Source: Eledone cirrhosa (lineage: Eukaryota). From it: a stretch of 64,000 bases of DNA. The notes under the pieces are model-generated. The model made no database searches. It had not been told where the DNA came from and worked only from the letters and a program-made list of their open reading frames with translations. The stretch spans positions 128,092,001 to 128,156,000 of the forward strand of contig OZ024744.1 in the NCBI GenBank assembly GCA_964016885.1. Direction: 5' to 3'. Position 1 is the stretch's first letter; every line of letters begins with the position of its first letter. The translations under genes were made by a program, and so were the position numbers. This document shows positions 38,625 through 51,620 of the stretch, one piece after another.

Positions 38625-41600
38625 TTAAGTTGGGGTTAAGTTAAGTTGGGGTTCAGTTCAGTTGGGGTTAAGTTAAGTTGGGGTTAAGTTAAGCTGGGGT
38701 TAAGTTAAGTTGGGGTTAATTTAAGTTGGGGTTAAGTTAAGTTGGGGTTGAGTTAAGTTGGGGTTGAGTTAAGCTGGGGTTAATTTAAGTTGGGGTTAAG
38801 TTAAGTTGGGGTTAAATTAAGTTGGGGTTAAGTTAAGTTGGGGGTAAGTTAAGTTGGGGGCAAGTTAAGTTGGGGTTAAGTTAAGTTGGGGTTAAGTTAA
38901 GTTGGGGTTAAGTTAAGTTAGGGTTAATTTCAGTTGGGGTTAAGTTAAGTTGGGGTTAAGTTAAGTTAGGGTTAATTTAAGTTGGGGTTATGTTAAGTTG
39001 GGGTTAAGTTAAGTTGGGGTTAAGTTAAGTTGGTGTTAAGTAAAGTTGGGGTTAAGTTAAGTTGTGGGTTAAGTTAAGTTGGGGTTAAGTTAAGTTGGGG
39101 TTAAGTTAAGTTGGTGTTAAGTAAAGTTGGGCTTAAGTTAAGTTGGGTTTGAGTTAAGTTGGGGCTAAGTTAAGTTAGGGCTAAGTTAAGTTGGGGTTAA
39201 GTTAAGTTGGGGCTAGGTTAAGTTGGGTCTAAGTTAAGTTGGGGTTAAGTTAAGTTGGGGTTAAGTTCAGTTGGGGTTAAATTAAGTTGGGGTTAAGTTA
39301 AGTTGGCGTTAAGCTAAGTTGGGGTTAAGTTAATTTGCGGTTAAGTTAGGTTGTGGGTTAAGTTAAGTTGGGGGTAAGTTAAGTTGGGGGTAAGTTAAGT
39401 TGGGGTTAATTTAAGTTGGGGTTAAGTTAAGTTGGGGTTAAGTTAAGTTGGGGTTAAGTTAAGTTGGGGTTAAGTTAAGTTGGCGTTAATTTAACTTGGG
39501 GTAAAGTTAAGTTGGGGTTAAGTTAAGTTGGGGTTAAGTTAAGTTGGGGTTAAGTTAAGTTGGGGTTAAGTCAAGTTGGGGTTAAGTCAAGTTGGGGTTA
39601 AGTCAAGTTGGGGTTAAGTTAAGTTGGGGTTAAGTTAAGTTGGGGGTAAGTTAAGTTGGGTATAAGTTAAGTTGGGGTTAAGTTAAAATGTGGTTAAGTT
39701 CAGTTGGGGTTAAGTTAAGTTGGGGTTAAGTTAAGTTGGGGGTAAGTTAAGTTGGGGGCAAGTTAAGTTGGGGTTAAGTTAAGTTGGGGTTAAGTTAAGT
39801 TGGGGTTAAGTTAAGTTGGGGTTAAGTTAAGTTAGGGTTAATTTCAGTTGGGGTTATGTTAAGTTGGGGTTAAGTTAAGTTGGGGTTAAGTTAAAGTTGG
39901 GGTTAAGTTAAGTTGGGGTAAAGTTAAGTTAGGGTTAAGTTGAGTTGGGGTTAAGTTAAGTTGGGGTTAAATTAAGTTGGGGTTAAGTTAAGTTGGGGTT
40001 AAGGTAAGTTGGGGTTAAATTAAGTTGGGGTTCAGTTAAGTTGGGGTTAAATTAAGTTGGGGTTAAGTTAAGTTGGGGTTAGTTAAGTTGGGGTTAAGTT
40101 AAGTTGGGGTTAAGTTAAGTTGGGGTTAAGTTAAGTTGGCGTTAAGTTAAGTTGGGGTTAAGTTAAGTTGGGGTTAAATTAAGTTGGGGTTAAGTTAAGT
40201 TGGGGTTAATTTAAGTTGGGGTTAAGTTAAGTTGGGGTTAAGTTAAGTTGGAGTTAAGTCAAGTTGGGGTTAAGTCAAGTTGCGGTTAAGTCAAGTTGGG
40301 GTTAAGTCAAGTTGGGGTTAAGTTAAGTTGGGGTTAAGTTAAGTTGGGGTTAACTTAAGTTGGGGTTAATTTGGGGTTAAGTTAAGTTGGGGTTAAATTA
40401 AGTTGGGGGTTAGTTAAGTTGGGGCAAGTTAAGTTGGGGTTAATTTAAGTTGGGGTTAAGTTAAGTTGGGGTTATGTTAAGTTGGGGTTAAGTTAAGTTG
40501 GGGTTAAGTTAAGTTGGGGGTAAGTTAAGTTGGGGTTAAGTTAAGTTGGGGGTAAGTTAAGTTGAGGGTAAGTTAAGTTGGGGTTAAGTTAAGTTGGGGT
40601 TAAATTAAGTTGAGGTTAAGTTAAGTTGGGGTTAAGTTAAGTTGGGGGTAAGATAAGTTGGGGGTAAGATAAGTTGGGGCTAAGTTAAGTTGGGGCTAAG
40701 TCAAGTTGGGGTTAATTCAAGTTGAGGTTAACTTAAGTTGGGGTTAAGTTAAGTTGGGGTTCAGTTCAGTTGGGGTTAAGTTAAGTTGGGGTTAAGTTAA
40801 GCTGGGGTTAAGTTAAGTTGGGGTTAATTTAAGTTGGGGTTAAGTTAAGTTGGGGTTGAGTTAAGTTGGGGTTGAGTTAAGCTGGGGTTAATTTAAGTTG
40901 GGGTTAAGTTAAGTTGGGGTTAAATTAAGTTGGGGTTAAGTTAAGTTGGGGGTAAGTTAAGTTGGGGGCAAGTTAAGTTGGGGTTAAGTTAAGTTGGGGT
41001 TAAGTTAAGTTGGGGTTAAGTTAAGTTAGGGTTAATTTCAGTTGGGGTTAAGTTAAGTTGGGGTTAAGTTAAGTTAGGGTTAATTTAAGTTGGGGTTATG
41101 TTAAGTTGGGGTTAAGTTAAGTTGGGGTTAAGTTAAGTTGGTGTTAAGTAAAGTTGGGGTTAAGTTAAGTTGTGGGTTAAGTTAAGTTGGGGTTAAGTTA
41201 AGTTGGGGTTAAGTTAAGTTGGTGTTAAGTAAAGTTGGGCTTAAGTTAAGTTGGGTTTGAGTTAAGTTGGGGCTAAGTTAAGTTAGGGCTAAGTTAAGTT
41301 GGGGTTAAGTTAAGTTGGGGCTAGGTTAAGTTGGGTCTAAGTTAAGTTGGGGTTAAGTTAAGTTGGGGTTAAGTTCAGTTGGGGTTAAATTAAGTTGGGG
41401 TTAAGTTAAGTTGGCGTTAAGCTAAGTTGGGGTTAAGTTAATTTGCGGTTAAGTTAGGTTGTGGGTTAAGTTAAGTTGGGGGTAAGTTAAGTTGGGGGTA
41501 AGTTAAGTTGGGGTTAATTTAAGTTGGGGTTAAGTTAAGTTGGGGTTAAGTTAAGTTGGGGTTAAGTTAAGTTGGGGTTAAGTTAAGTTGGCGTTAATTT

Positions 41601-42855
41601 AACTTGGGGTAAAGTTAAGTTGGGGTTAAGTTAAGTTGGGGTTAAGTTAAGTTGGGGTTAAGTTAAGTTGGGGTTAAGTCAAGTTGGGGTTAAGTCAAGT
41701 TGGGGTTAAGTCAAGTTGGGGTTAAGTTAAGTTGGGGTTAAGTTAAGTTGGGGGTAAGTTAAGTTGGGTATAAGTTAAGTTGGGGTTAAGTTAAAATGTG
41801 GTTAAGTTCAGTTGGGGTTAAGTTAAGTTGGGGTTAAGTTAAGTTGGGGGTAAGTTAAGTTGGGGGCAAGTTAAGTTGGGGTTAAGTTAAGTTGGGGTTA
41901 AGTTAAGTTGGGGTTAAGTTAAGTTGGGGTTAAGTTAAGTTAGGGTTAATTTCAGTTGGGGTTATGTTAAGTTGGGGTTAAGTTAAGTTGGGGTTAAGTT
42001 AAAGTTGGGGTTAAGTTAAGTTGGGGTAAAGTTAAGTTAGGGTTAAGTTGAGTTGGGGTTAAGTTAAGTTGGGGTTAAATTAAGTTGGGGTTAAGTTAAG
42101 TTGGGGTTAAGGTAAGTTGGGGTTAAATTAAGTTGGGGTTCAGTTAAGTTGGGGTTAAATTAAGTTGGGGTTAAGTTAAGTTGGGGTTAGTTAAGTTGGG
42201 GTTAAGTTAAGTTGGGGTTAAGTTAAGTTGGGGTTAAGTTAAGTTGGCGTTAAGTTAAGTTGGGGTTAAGTTAAGTTGGGGTTAAATTAAGTTGGGGTTA
42301 AGTTAAGTTGGGGTTAATTTAAGTTGGGGTTAAGTTAAGTTGGGGTTAAGTTAAGTTGGAGTTAAGTCAAGTTGGGGTTAAGTCAAGTTGCGGTTAAGTC
42401 AAGTTGGGGTTAAGTCAAGTTGGGGTTAAGTTAAGTTGGGGTTAAGTTAAGTTGGGGTTAACTTAAGTTGGGGTTAATTTGGGGTTAAGTTAAGTTGGGG
42501 TTAAATTAAGTTGGGGGTTAGTTAAGTTGGGGCAAGTTAAGTTGGGGTTAATTTAAGTTGGGTTTAAGTTAAGTTGGGGTTATGTTAAGTTGGGGTTAAG
42601 TTAAGTTGGGGTTAAGTTAAGTTGGGGGTAAGTTAAGTTGGGGTTAAGTTAAGTTGGGGGTAAGTTAAGTTGAGGGTAAGTTAAGTTGGGGTTAAGTTAA
42701 GTTGGGGTTAAATTAAGTTGAGGTTAAGTTAAGTTGGGGTTAAGTTAAGTTGGGGGTAAGATAAGTTGGGGGTAAGATAAGTTGGGGCTAAGTTAAGTTG
42801 GGGCTAAGTCAAGTTGGGGTTAATTCAAGTTGAGGTTAACTTAAGTTGGGGTTAA
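38625..42855 (+). repeat. Near-identical 2,108-bp tandem duplication (junction ~40740)
   Basis: Offset 2108 for TTCAGTTCAG 38652/40760, AAAATGTGG 39685/41793, and TAACTTAAGTTGGGGTTAATTTGGGG 40351/42459. Confidence 0.9.
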
Positions 42856-45800
42856 GTTAAGTTGGGGTTAATTTAAGTTGGGGTTAAGTTAAGTTGGGGT
42901 TAAGTTAAGTTGGGGTTAAGTTAAGTTGGGGTTGAGTTAATTTGGGGTTAAGTTAAGTTGGGGTTAACTTAAGTTGGGGTTAAGTTGGGGTTAAATTAAG
43001 TTGGGGGTAGGTTAAGTTGGGGGCAAGTTTAGTTGGGGTTAAGTTAAGTTGGGTTTAAGTTAAGTTGGGGCTAAGTTAAGTTGGAGCTAAGTTAAGTTGG
43101 GGCTGAGTTAAGTTGGGGGTAAGTTAAGTTGGGGTTAAGTTAAGTTGGGGTTCAGTTAAGTTGGGGTTAAGTTAAGTTGGGGTTAAGTTAAGCTGGGGTT
43201 AAGTTAAGTTGGGGTTAAGTTAAGTTGGGGTAAGTTAAGTTGGGGTTAAGTTAAGTTGGGGTTGAGTTAAGTTGGGGTTGAGTTAAGTTGGGGTTAAGTT
43301 AAGTTGGGGTTAAGTTAACTTGGGGTTAAGTTAAGTTGGGGTTAAGTTAAGTTGGGGTTAAGTTAAGTTGGGGGTAAGTTAAGTTGGGGGCAAGTTAAGT
43401 TGGGGTTAAGTTAAGTTGGGGTTAATTTAAGTTGGGGTTAAGTTAAGTTAGGGTTAATTTCAGTTGGGGTTATGTTAAGTTGGGGTTAAGTTAAGTTGGG
43501 GTTAAGTTAAAGTTGGGGTTAAGTTAAGTTGGGGTAAAGTTAAGTTAGGGTTAATTTAAGTTGGGGTTAAGTTAAGTTGGGGTTAAATTAAGTTGGGGTT
43601 AAGTTAAGTTGGGGTTAAGTTAAGCTGGGGTTAAATTAAGTTGGGGTTCAGTTAAGTTGGGGTTAAATTAATTTGGGGTTAAGTTAAGTTGGGGTTAGTT
43701 AAGTTGGGGTTAAGTTAAGTTGGGGTTAAGTTAAGTTGGGGTTAAGTTAAGTTGGGGTTAAATTAAGTTGGGGTTAAGTTAAGTTGGGGTTAAGTTAAGT
43801 TGGGGTTAAGTTAAGTTAGGGTTAATTTCAGTTGGGGTTATGTTAAGTTGGGGTTAAGTTAAGTTGGGGTTAAGTTAAAGTTGGGGTTAAGTTAAGTTGG
43901 CGTAAAGTTAAGTTAGGGTTAAGTTAATTTGGGGTTAAGTTAAGTTGGGGTTAAATTAAGTTGGGGTTAAGTTAAGTTGGGGTTAAGTTAAGTTAGGGTT
44001 AAATTAAGTTGGGGTTCAGTTAAGTTGGGGTTAAATTAAGTTGGGGTTAAGTTAAGTTGGGGTTAGTTAAGTTGGGGTTAAGTTAAGTTGGCGTTAAGTT
44101 AAGTTGGGGTTAAGTTAATTTGGCGTTAAGTTAAGTTGGGGTTAAGTTAAGTAGGGGTTAAGTTAAGTTGGGGTTAAGTTAAGTTGGGGTTAATTTAAGT
44201 TGGGGTTAAGTTAAGTTGGGGTTAAGTTAAGTTGGAGTTAAGTCAAGTTGGTGTTAAGTCAAGTTGGGGTTAAGTCAAGTTGGGGTTAAGTCAAGTTGGG
44301 GTTAAGTTAAGTTGGGGTTAATTTAAGTTGGGGTTAAGTTAAGTTGGGGGTAAGTTAAGTTGGGTGTAAGTTAAGTTGGGGTTAAGTTAAGTTGGGGTTC
44401 AGTTCAGTTGGGGTTAAGTTAAGTTGGGGTTAAGTTAAGCTGGGGGTAAGTTAAGTTGGGGTTAAGTTAAGTTGGGGTTAAGTTAAGTTGGGGTTAAGTT
44501 AAGTTGGGGTTCAGTTAAGTTGGGGTTAAGTTAATTTGGGGCTGAGTTAAGTTGGGGTTAAGTTAAGTTCGGGTTGAGTTAAGTTGGGGTTAAGTTAAGT
44601 TGGGGTTAAGTTAAGTTGGGGTTAAGTTAAGTTGGGGTTAAGATAAGTTGGGGTTAAGTTAAGTTGGGGTTAATTTAAGTTGGGGTTGAGTTAATTTGGG
44701 TTTAAGTTAAGTTAGCCTTAACTTAAGTTGGGGTTAAGTTAAGTTGGGGTTAAGTTAAGTTGGGGGTAAGTTAAGTTGGGGGCAAGTTAAGTTGGGGTTA
44801 ATTTAAGTTGGGGTTAAGTTAAGTTGGGGTTAAGTTAAGTTGGGGGTAACTTAAGTTGGGGTTAAGTTAAGTTGAGGGTAAGTTAAGTTGAGGTTAAGTT
44901 AAGTTGGGGTTAAGTTAAGTTGGGGGTAAGTTAAGTTGGGGGTAAGTTAAGTTGGGGTTAAGTTAAGTTGGGGTTAAATTAAGTTGAGGTTAAGTTAATT
45001 TGGGGTTAAGTTAAGTTAGGGTTAATTTCAGTTGGGGTTAAGTTAAGTTGGGGTTAAGTTAAGTTAGGGTTAATTTAAGTTGGGGTTATGTTAAGTTGGG
45101 GTTAAGTTAAGTTGGGGTTAAGTTAAGTTGGTGTTAAGTAAAGTTGGGGTTAAGTTAAGTTGTGGGTTAAGTTAAGTTGGGGTTAAGTTAAGTTGGGGTT
45201 AAGTTAAGTTGGTGTTAAGTAAAGTTGGGCTTAAGTTAAGTTGGGTTTGAGTTAAGTTGGGGCTAAGTTAAGTTAGGGCTAAGTTAAGTTGGGGTTAAGT
45301 TAAGTTGGGGCTAGGTTAAGTTGGGTCTAAGTTAAGTTGGGGTTAAGTTAAGTTGGGGTTAAATTAAGTTGGGGTTAAATTAAGTTGGGGTTAAGTTAAG
45401 TTGGGGTTAAGCTAAGTTGGGGTTAAGTTAATTTGCAGTTAAGTTAGGTTGTGGGTTAAGTTAAGTTGGGGGTAAGTTAAGTTGGGGGTAAGTTAAGTTG
45501 GGGTTAATTTAAGTTGGGGTTAAGTTAAGTTGGGGTTAAGTTAAGTTGGGGTTAAGTTAAGTTGGGGTTAAGTTAAGTTGGCGTTAATTTAACTTGGGGT
45601 AAAGTTAAGTTGGGGTTAAGTTAAGTTGGGGTTAAGTTAAGTTGGGGTTAAGTTAAGTTGGGGTTAAGTCAAGTTGGTGTTAAGTCAAGTTGGGGTTAAG
45701 TCAAGTTGGGGTTAAGTTACGTTGGGGTTAAGTTAAGTTGGGGGTAAGTTAAGTTGGGTGTAAGTTAAGTTGGGGTTAAGTTAAAATGTGGTTAAGTTCA

Positions 45801-48339
45801 GTTGGGGTTAAGTTAAGTTGGGGTTAAGTTAAGTTGGGGGTAAGTTAAGTTGGGGGCAAGTTAAGTTGGGGTTAAGTTAAGTTGGGGTTAAGTTAAGTTG
45901 GGGTTAAGTTAAGTTGGGGTTAAGTTAAGTTAGGGTTAATTTCAGTTGGGGTTATGTTAAGTTGGGGTTAAGTTAAGTTGGGGTTAAGTTAAAGTTGGGG
46001 TTAAGTTAAGTTGGGGTAAAGTTAAGTTAGGGTTAAGTTGAGTTGGGGTTAAGTTAAGTTGGGGTTAAATTAAGTTGGGGTTAAGTTAAGTTGGGGTTAA
46101 GGTAAGTTGGGGTTAAATTAAGTTGGGGTTCAGTTAAGTTGGGGTTAAATTAAGTTGGGGTTAAGTTAAGTTGGGGTTAGTTAAGTTGGGGTTAAGTTAA
46201 GTTGGGGTTAAGTTAAGTTGGGGTTAAGTTAAGTTGGGGTTAAGTTAAGTTGGCGTTAAGTTAAGTTGGGGTTAAGTTAAGTTGGGGCTAAATTAAGTTG
46301 GGGTTAAGTTAAGTTGGGGTTAATTTAAGTTGGGGTTAAGTTAAGTTGGGGTTAAGTTAAGTTGGAGTTAAGTCAAGTTGGGGTTAAGTCAAGTTGCGGT
46401 TAAGTCAAGTTGGGGTTAAGTCAAGTTGGGGTTAAGTTAAGTTGGGGTTAAGTTAAGTTGGGGTTAACTTAAGTTGGGGTTAAGTTGGGGTTAAGTTAAG
46501 TTGGGGGTAAGTTAAGTTGGGGTTAAGTTAAGTTGGGGGTAAGTTAAGTTGAGGGTAAGTTAAGTTGGGGTTAAGTTAAGTTGGGGTTAAATTAAGTTGA
46601 GGTTAAGTTAAGTTGGGGTTAAGTTAAGTTGGGGGTAAGATAAGTTGGGGGTAAGATAAGTTGGGGCTAAGTTAAGTTGGGGCTAAGTCAAGTTGGGGTT
46701 AATTCAAGTTGAGGTTAACTTAAGTTGGGGTTAAGTTAAGTTGGGGTTAAGTTAAGTTGGGGTTAAGGTAAGTTGGGGTTATGTTAAGTTGGGGCTATGT
46801 TAAGTTGGGGCTAAGTTAAGTTGGGGCTGAGTTAAGTTGGGGTTAAGTTAAGTTGGGGTTGAGTTAAGTTGGGGTTAAGTTAAGTTGGGATTAAGTTAAG
46901 TTGGGGTTAAGTTAAGTTTGGCTTGAGTTAAGTTGGGGTTAAGTTAAGTTGGGGTTAATTTAAGTTGGGGTTAAGTTAAGTTGGGGTTAAGATAAGTTGG
47001 GGTTAAGTTAAGTTGGGGTTAAGTTAAGTTGGGGTTGAGTTAATTTGGGGTTAAGTTGGGGTTGAGTTAAGTTGGGGGTAGGTTAAGTTGGGGGCAAGTT
47101 TAGTTGGGGTTAAGTTAAGTTGGGGTTACGTTAAGTTGGGCGTAAGTTAAGTCGGGGTTAAGTTAAGTTGGGGTTAAGTTAAGTTGGGTTTAAGTTAAGT
47201 TGGGGCTAAGTTAAGTTGGAGCTAAGTTAAGTTGGGGCTGAGTTAAGTTGGGGGTAAGTTAAGTTGGGGTTAAGTTAAGTTGGGGTTCAGTTCAGTTGGG
47301 GTTAAGTTAAGTTGGGGTTAAGTTAAGCTGGGGTTAAGTTAAGTTGGGGTTAAGTTAAGTTGGGGTTAAGTTAAGTTGGGGTTAAGTTAAGTTGGGGTTG
47401 AGTTAAGTTGGGGTTGAGTTAAGTTGGGGTTAAGTTAAGTTGGGGTTAAGTTAAGTTGGGGTTAAGTTAAGTTGGGGTTAAGTTAAGTTGGGGGTAAGTT
47501 AAGTTGGGGGCAAGTTAAGTTGGGGTTAAGTTAAGTTGGGGTTAAGTTAAGTTGGGGTTAAGTTAAGTTAGGGTTAATTTCAGTTGGGGTTATGTTAAGT
47601 TGGGGTTAAGTTAAGTTGGGGTTAAGTTAAAGTTGGGGTTAAGTTAAGTTGGGGTAAAGTTAAGTTAGGGTTAAGTTAAGTTGGGGTTAAGTTAAGTTGG
47701 GGTTAAATTAAGTTGGGGTTAAGTTAAGTTGGGGTTAAGTTAAGTTGGGGTTAAATTAAGTTGGGGTTCAGTTAAGTTGGGGTTAAATTAAGTTGGGGTT
47801 AAGTTAAGTTGGGGTTAGTTAAGTTGGGGTTAAGTTAAGTTGGGGTTAAGTTAAGTTGGGGTTAAGTTAAGTTGGGGTTAAATTAAGTTGGGGTTAAGTT
47901 AAGTTGGGGTTAAGTTAAGTTGGGGTTAAGTTAAGTTAGGGTTAATTTCAGTTGGGGTTATGTTAAGTTGGGGTTAAGTTAAGTTGGGGTTAAGTTAAAG
48001 TTGGGGTTAAGTTAAGTTGGCGTAAAGTTAAGTTAGGGTTAAGTTAAGTTGGGGTTAAGTTAAGTTGGGGTTAAATTAAGTTGGGGTTAAGTTAAGTTGG
48101 GGTTAAGTTAAGTTGGGGTTAAATTAAGTTGGGGTTCAGTTAAGTTGGGGTTAAATTAAGTTGGGGTTAAGTTAAGTTGGGGTTAGTTAAGTTGGGGTTA
48201 AGTTAAGTTGGCGTTAAGTTAAGTTGGGGTTAAGTTAAGTTGGCGTTAAGTTAAGTTGGGGTTAAGTTAAGTTGGGGTTAAGTTAAGTTGGGGTTAAGTT
48301 AAGTTGGGGTTAATTTAAGTTGGGGTTAAGTTAAGTTGG

Positions 48340-51300
48340 GGTTAAGTTAAGTTGGAGTTAAGTCAAGTTGGTGTTAAGTCAAGTTGGGGTTAAGTCAAGT
48401 TGGGGTTAAGTCAAGTTGGGGTTAAGTTAAGTTGGGGTTAAGTTAAGTTGGGGTTAAGTTAAGTTGGGGGTAAGTTAAGTTGGGTGTAAGTTAAGTTGGG
48501 GTAAGTTAAGTTGGGGTTCAGTTCAGTTGGGGTTAAGTTAAGTTGGGGTTAAGTTAAGCTGGGGGTAAGTTAAGTTGGGGTTAAGTTAAGTTGGGGTTAA
48601 GTTAAGTTGGGGTTAAGTTAAGTTGGGGTTCAGTTAAGTTGGGGTTAAGTTAATTTGGGGCTGAGTTAAGTTGGGGTTAAGTTAAGTTCGGGTTGAGTTA
48701 AGTTGGGGTTAAGTTAAGTTGGGGTTAAGTTAAGTTGGGGTTAAGTTAAGTTGGGGTTAAGATAAGTTGGGGTTAAGTTAAGTTGGGGTTAAGTTAAGTT
48801 GGGGTTAATTTAAGTTGGGGTTGAGTTAATTTGGGTTTAAGTTAAGTTGGCCTTAACTTAAGTTGGGGTTAAGTTAAGTTGGGGTTAAGTTAAGTTGGGG
48901 GTAAGTTAAGTTGGGGGCAAGTTAAGTTGGGGTTAATTTAAGTTGGGGTTAAGTTAAGTTGGGGTTAAGTTAAGTTGGGGGTAACTTAAGTTGGGGTTAA
49001 GTTAAGTTGAGGGTAAGTTAAGTTGAGGTTAAGTTAAGTTGGGGTTAAGTTAAGTTGGGGGTAAGTTAAGTTGGGGGTAAGTTAAGTTGGGGTTAAGTTA
49101 AGTTGGGGTTAAATTAAGTTGAGGTTAAGTTAATTTGGGGTTAAGTTAAGTTGGGGTTAAGTTAAGTTGGGGGTAAGATAAGTTGGGGCTAAGTTAAGTC
49201 GGGGCTAAGTCAAGTTGGGGTTAAGTCAAGTTGGGGTTAAGTCAAGTTGAGGTTAACTTAAGTTGGGGTTAAGTTAAGTTGGGGTTAAGTTAAGTTGGGG
49301 TTAACGTAAGTTGGGGTTAAGTTAAGTTGGGGCTAAGTTAAGTTGGGGCTAAGTTAAGTTGGGGCTGAGTTAAGTTGGGGTTAAGTTGGGGTTGAGTTAA
49401 GTTGGGGTTAAGTTAAGTTGGGATTAAGTTAAGTTGGGGTTAAGTTAAGTTCGGGTTGAGTTAAGTTGGGGTTAAGTTAAGTTGGGGTTAATTTAAGTTG
49501 GGGTTAAGTTAAGTTGGGGTTAAGATAAGTTGGGGTTAAGTTAAGTTGGGGTTAAGTTAAGTTGGGGTTGAGTTAATTTGGGGTTAAGTTAAGTTGGGGT
49601 TAACTTAAGTTGGGGTTAAGTTAAGTTGGGGTTAACTTAAGTTGGGGGTAAGTTAAGTCGGGGTTAAGTTAAGTTGGGGTTAAGTTAAGTTGGGTTTAAG
49701 TTAAGTTGGGGCTAAGTTAAGTTGGGGCTAAGTTAAATTGGGGCTGAGTTAAGTTGGGGGTAAGTTAAGTTGGGTGTAAGTTAAGTTGGGGTTAAGTTAA
49801 GTTGGGGTTAAGTTAAGCTGGGGTTAAGTTAAGTTGGGGTTAAGTTAAGTTGGGGTTAAGTTAAGATGGGGTTGAATTAAGTTGGGGTTGAGTTAAGTTG
49901 GGGTTAATTTAAGTTGGGGTTAAGTTAAGTTGGGGTTAAGTTAAGTTGGGGTTAAGTTAAGTTGGGGGTAAGTTAAGTTGGGGTTAATGTAAGTTGGGGT
50001 TAAGTTAAGTTGGGGTTAAGTTAATTTGGAGTTAAGTCAAGTTGGTGTTAAGTCAAGTTGGGGTTAAGTCAAGTTGGGGTTAAGTCAAGTTGGGGTTAAG
50101 TTAAGTTGGGGTTAAGTTAAGTTGGGGTTAAGTTAAGTTGGGGGTAAGTTAAGTTGGGTGTAAGTTAAGTTGGGGTAAGTTAAGTTGGGGTTCAGTTCAG
50201 TTGGGGTTAAGTTAAGTTGGGGTTAAGTTAAGCTGGGGGTAAGTTAAGTTGGGGTTAAGTTAAGTTGGGGTTAAGTTAAGTTGGGGTTAAGTTAAGTTGG
50301 GGTTCAGTTAAGTTGGGGTTAAGTTAATTTGGGGCTGAGTTAAGTTGGGGTTAAGTTCAGTTCGGGTTGAGTTAAGTTGGGGTTAAGTTAAGTTGGGGTT
50401 AAGTTAAGTTGGGGTTAAGTTAAGTTGGGGTTAAGATAAGTTGGGGTTAAGTTAAGTTGGGGTTAATTTAAGTTGGGGTTGAGTTAATTTGGGTTTAAGT
50501 TAAGTTGGCCTTAACTTAAGTTGGGGTTAAGTTAAGTTGGGGTTAAGTTAAGTTGGGGGTAAGTTAAGTTGGGGGCAAGTTAAGTTGGGGTTAATTTAAG
50601 TTGGGGTTAAGTTAAGTTGGGGTTAAGTTAAGTTGGGGGTAACTTAAGTTGGGGTTAAGTTAAGTTGAGGGTAAGTTAAGTTGAGGTTAAGTTAAGTTGG
50701 GGTTAAGTTAAGTTGGGGGTAAGTTAAGTTGGGGGTAAGTTAAGTTGGGGTTAAGTTAAGTTGGGGTTAAATTAAGTTGAGGTTAAGTTAATTTGGGGTT
50801 AAGTTAAGTTGGGGTTAAGTTAAGTTGGGGGTAAGATAAGTTGGGGCTAAGTTAAGTTGGGGCTAAGTCAAGTTGGGGTTAAGTCAAGTTGGGGTTAAGT
50901 CAAGTTGAGGTTAACTTAAGTTGGGGTTAAGTTAAGTTGGGGTTAAGTTAAGTTGGGGTTAACGTAAGTTGGGGTTAAGTTAAGTTGGGGCTAAGTTAAG
51001 TTGGGGCTAAGTTAAGTTGGGGCTGAGTTAAGTTGGGGTTAAGTTGGGGTTGAGTTAAGTTGGGGTTAAGTTAAGTTGGGATTAAGTTAAGTTGGGGTTA
51101 AGTTAAGTTCGGGTTGAGTTAAGTTGGGGTTAAGTTAAGTTGGGGTTAATTTAAGTTGGGGTTAAGTTAAGTTGGGGTTAAGATAAGTTGGGGTTAAGTT
51201 AAGTTGGGGTTAAGTTAAGTTGGGGTTGAGTTAATTTGGGGTTAAGTTAAGTTGGGGTTAACTTAAGTTGGGGTTAAGTTAAGTGGGGTCAACTTAAGTT

Positions 51301-51620
51301 GGGGGTAAGTTAAGTCGGGGTTAAGTTAAGTTGGGGTTAAGTTAAGTTGGGTTTAAGTTAAGTTGGGGCTAAGTTAAGTTGGGGCTAAGTTAAATTGGGG
51401 CTGAGTTAAGTTGGGGGTAAGTTAAGTTGGGTGTAAGTTAAGTTGGGGTTAAGTTAAGTTGGGGTTAAGTTAAGCTGGGGTTAAGTTAAGTTGGGGTTAA
51501 GTTAAGTTGGGGTTAAGTTAAGTTGGGGTTGAGTTAAGTTGGGGTTGAGTTAAGTTGGGGTTAATTTAAGTTGGGGTTAAGTTAAGTTGGGGTTAAGTTA
51601 AGTTGGGGTTAAGTTAAGTT
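48340..51620 (+). repeat. 1,658-bp tandem duplication nested in the 13.29-kb unit
   Basis: TTGGCC 48847/50505 and AACGTAAG 49303/50961; the same spacing recurs in the second copy (TTGGCC 62120/63778). Confidence 0.85.
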
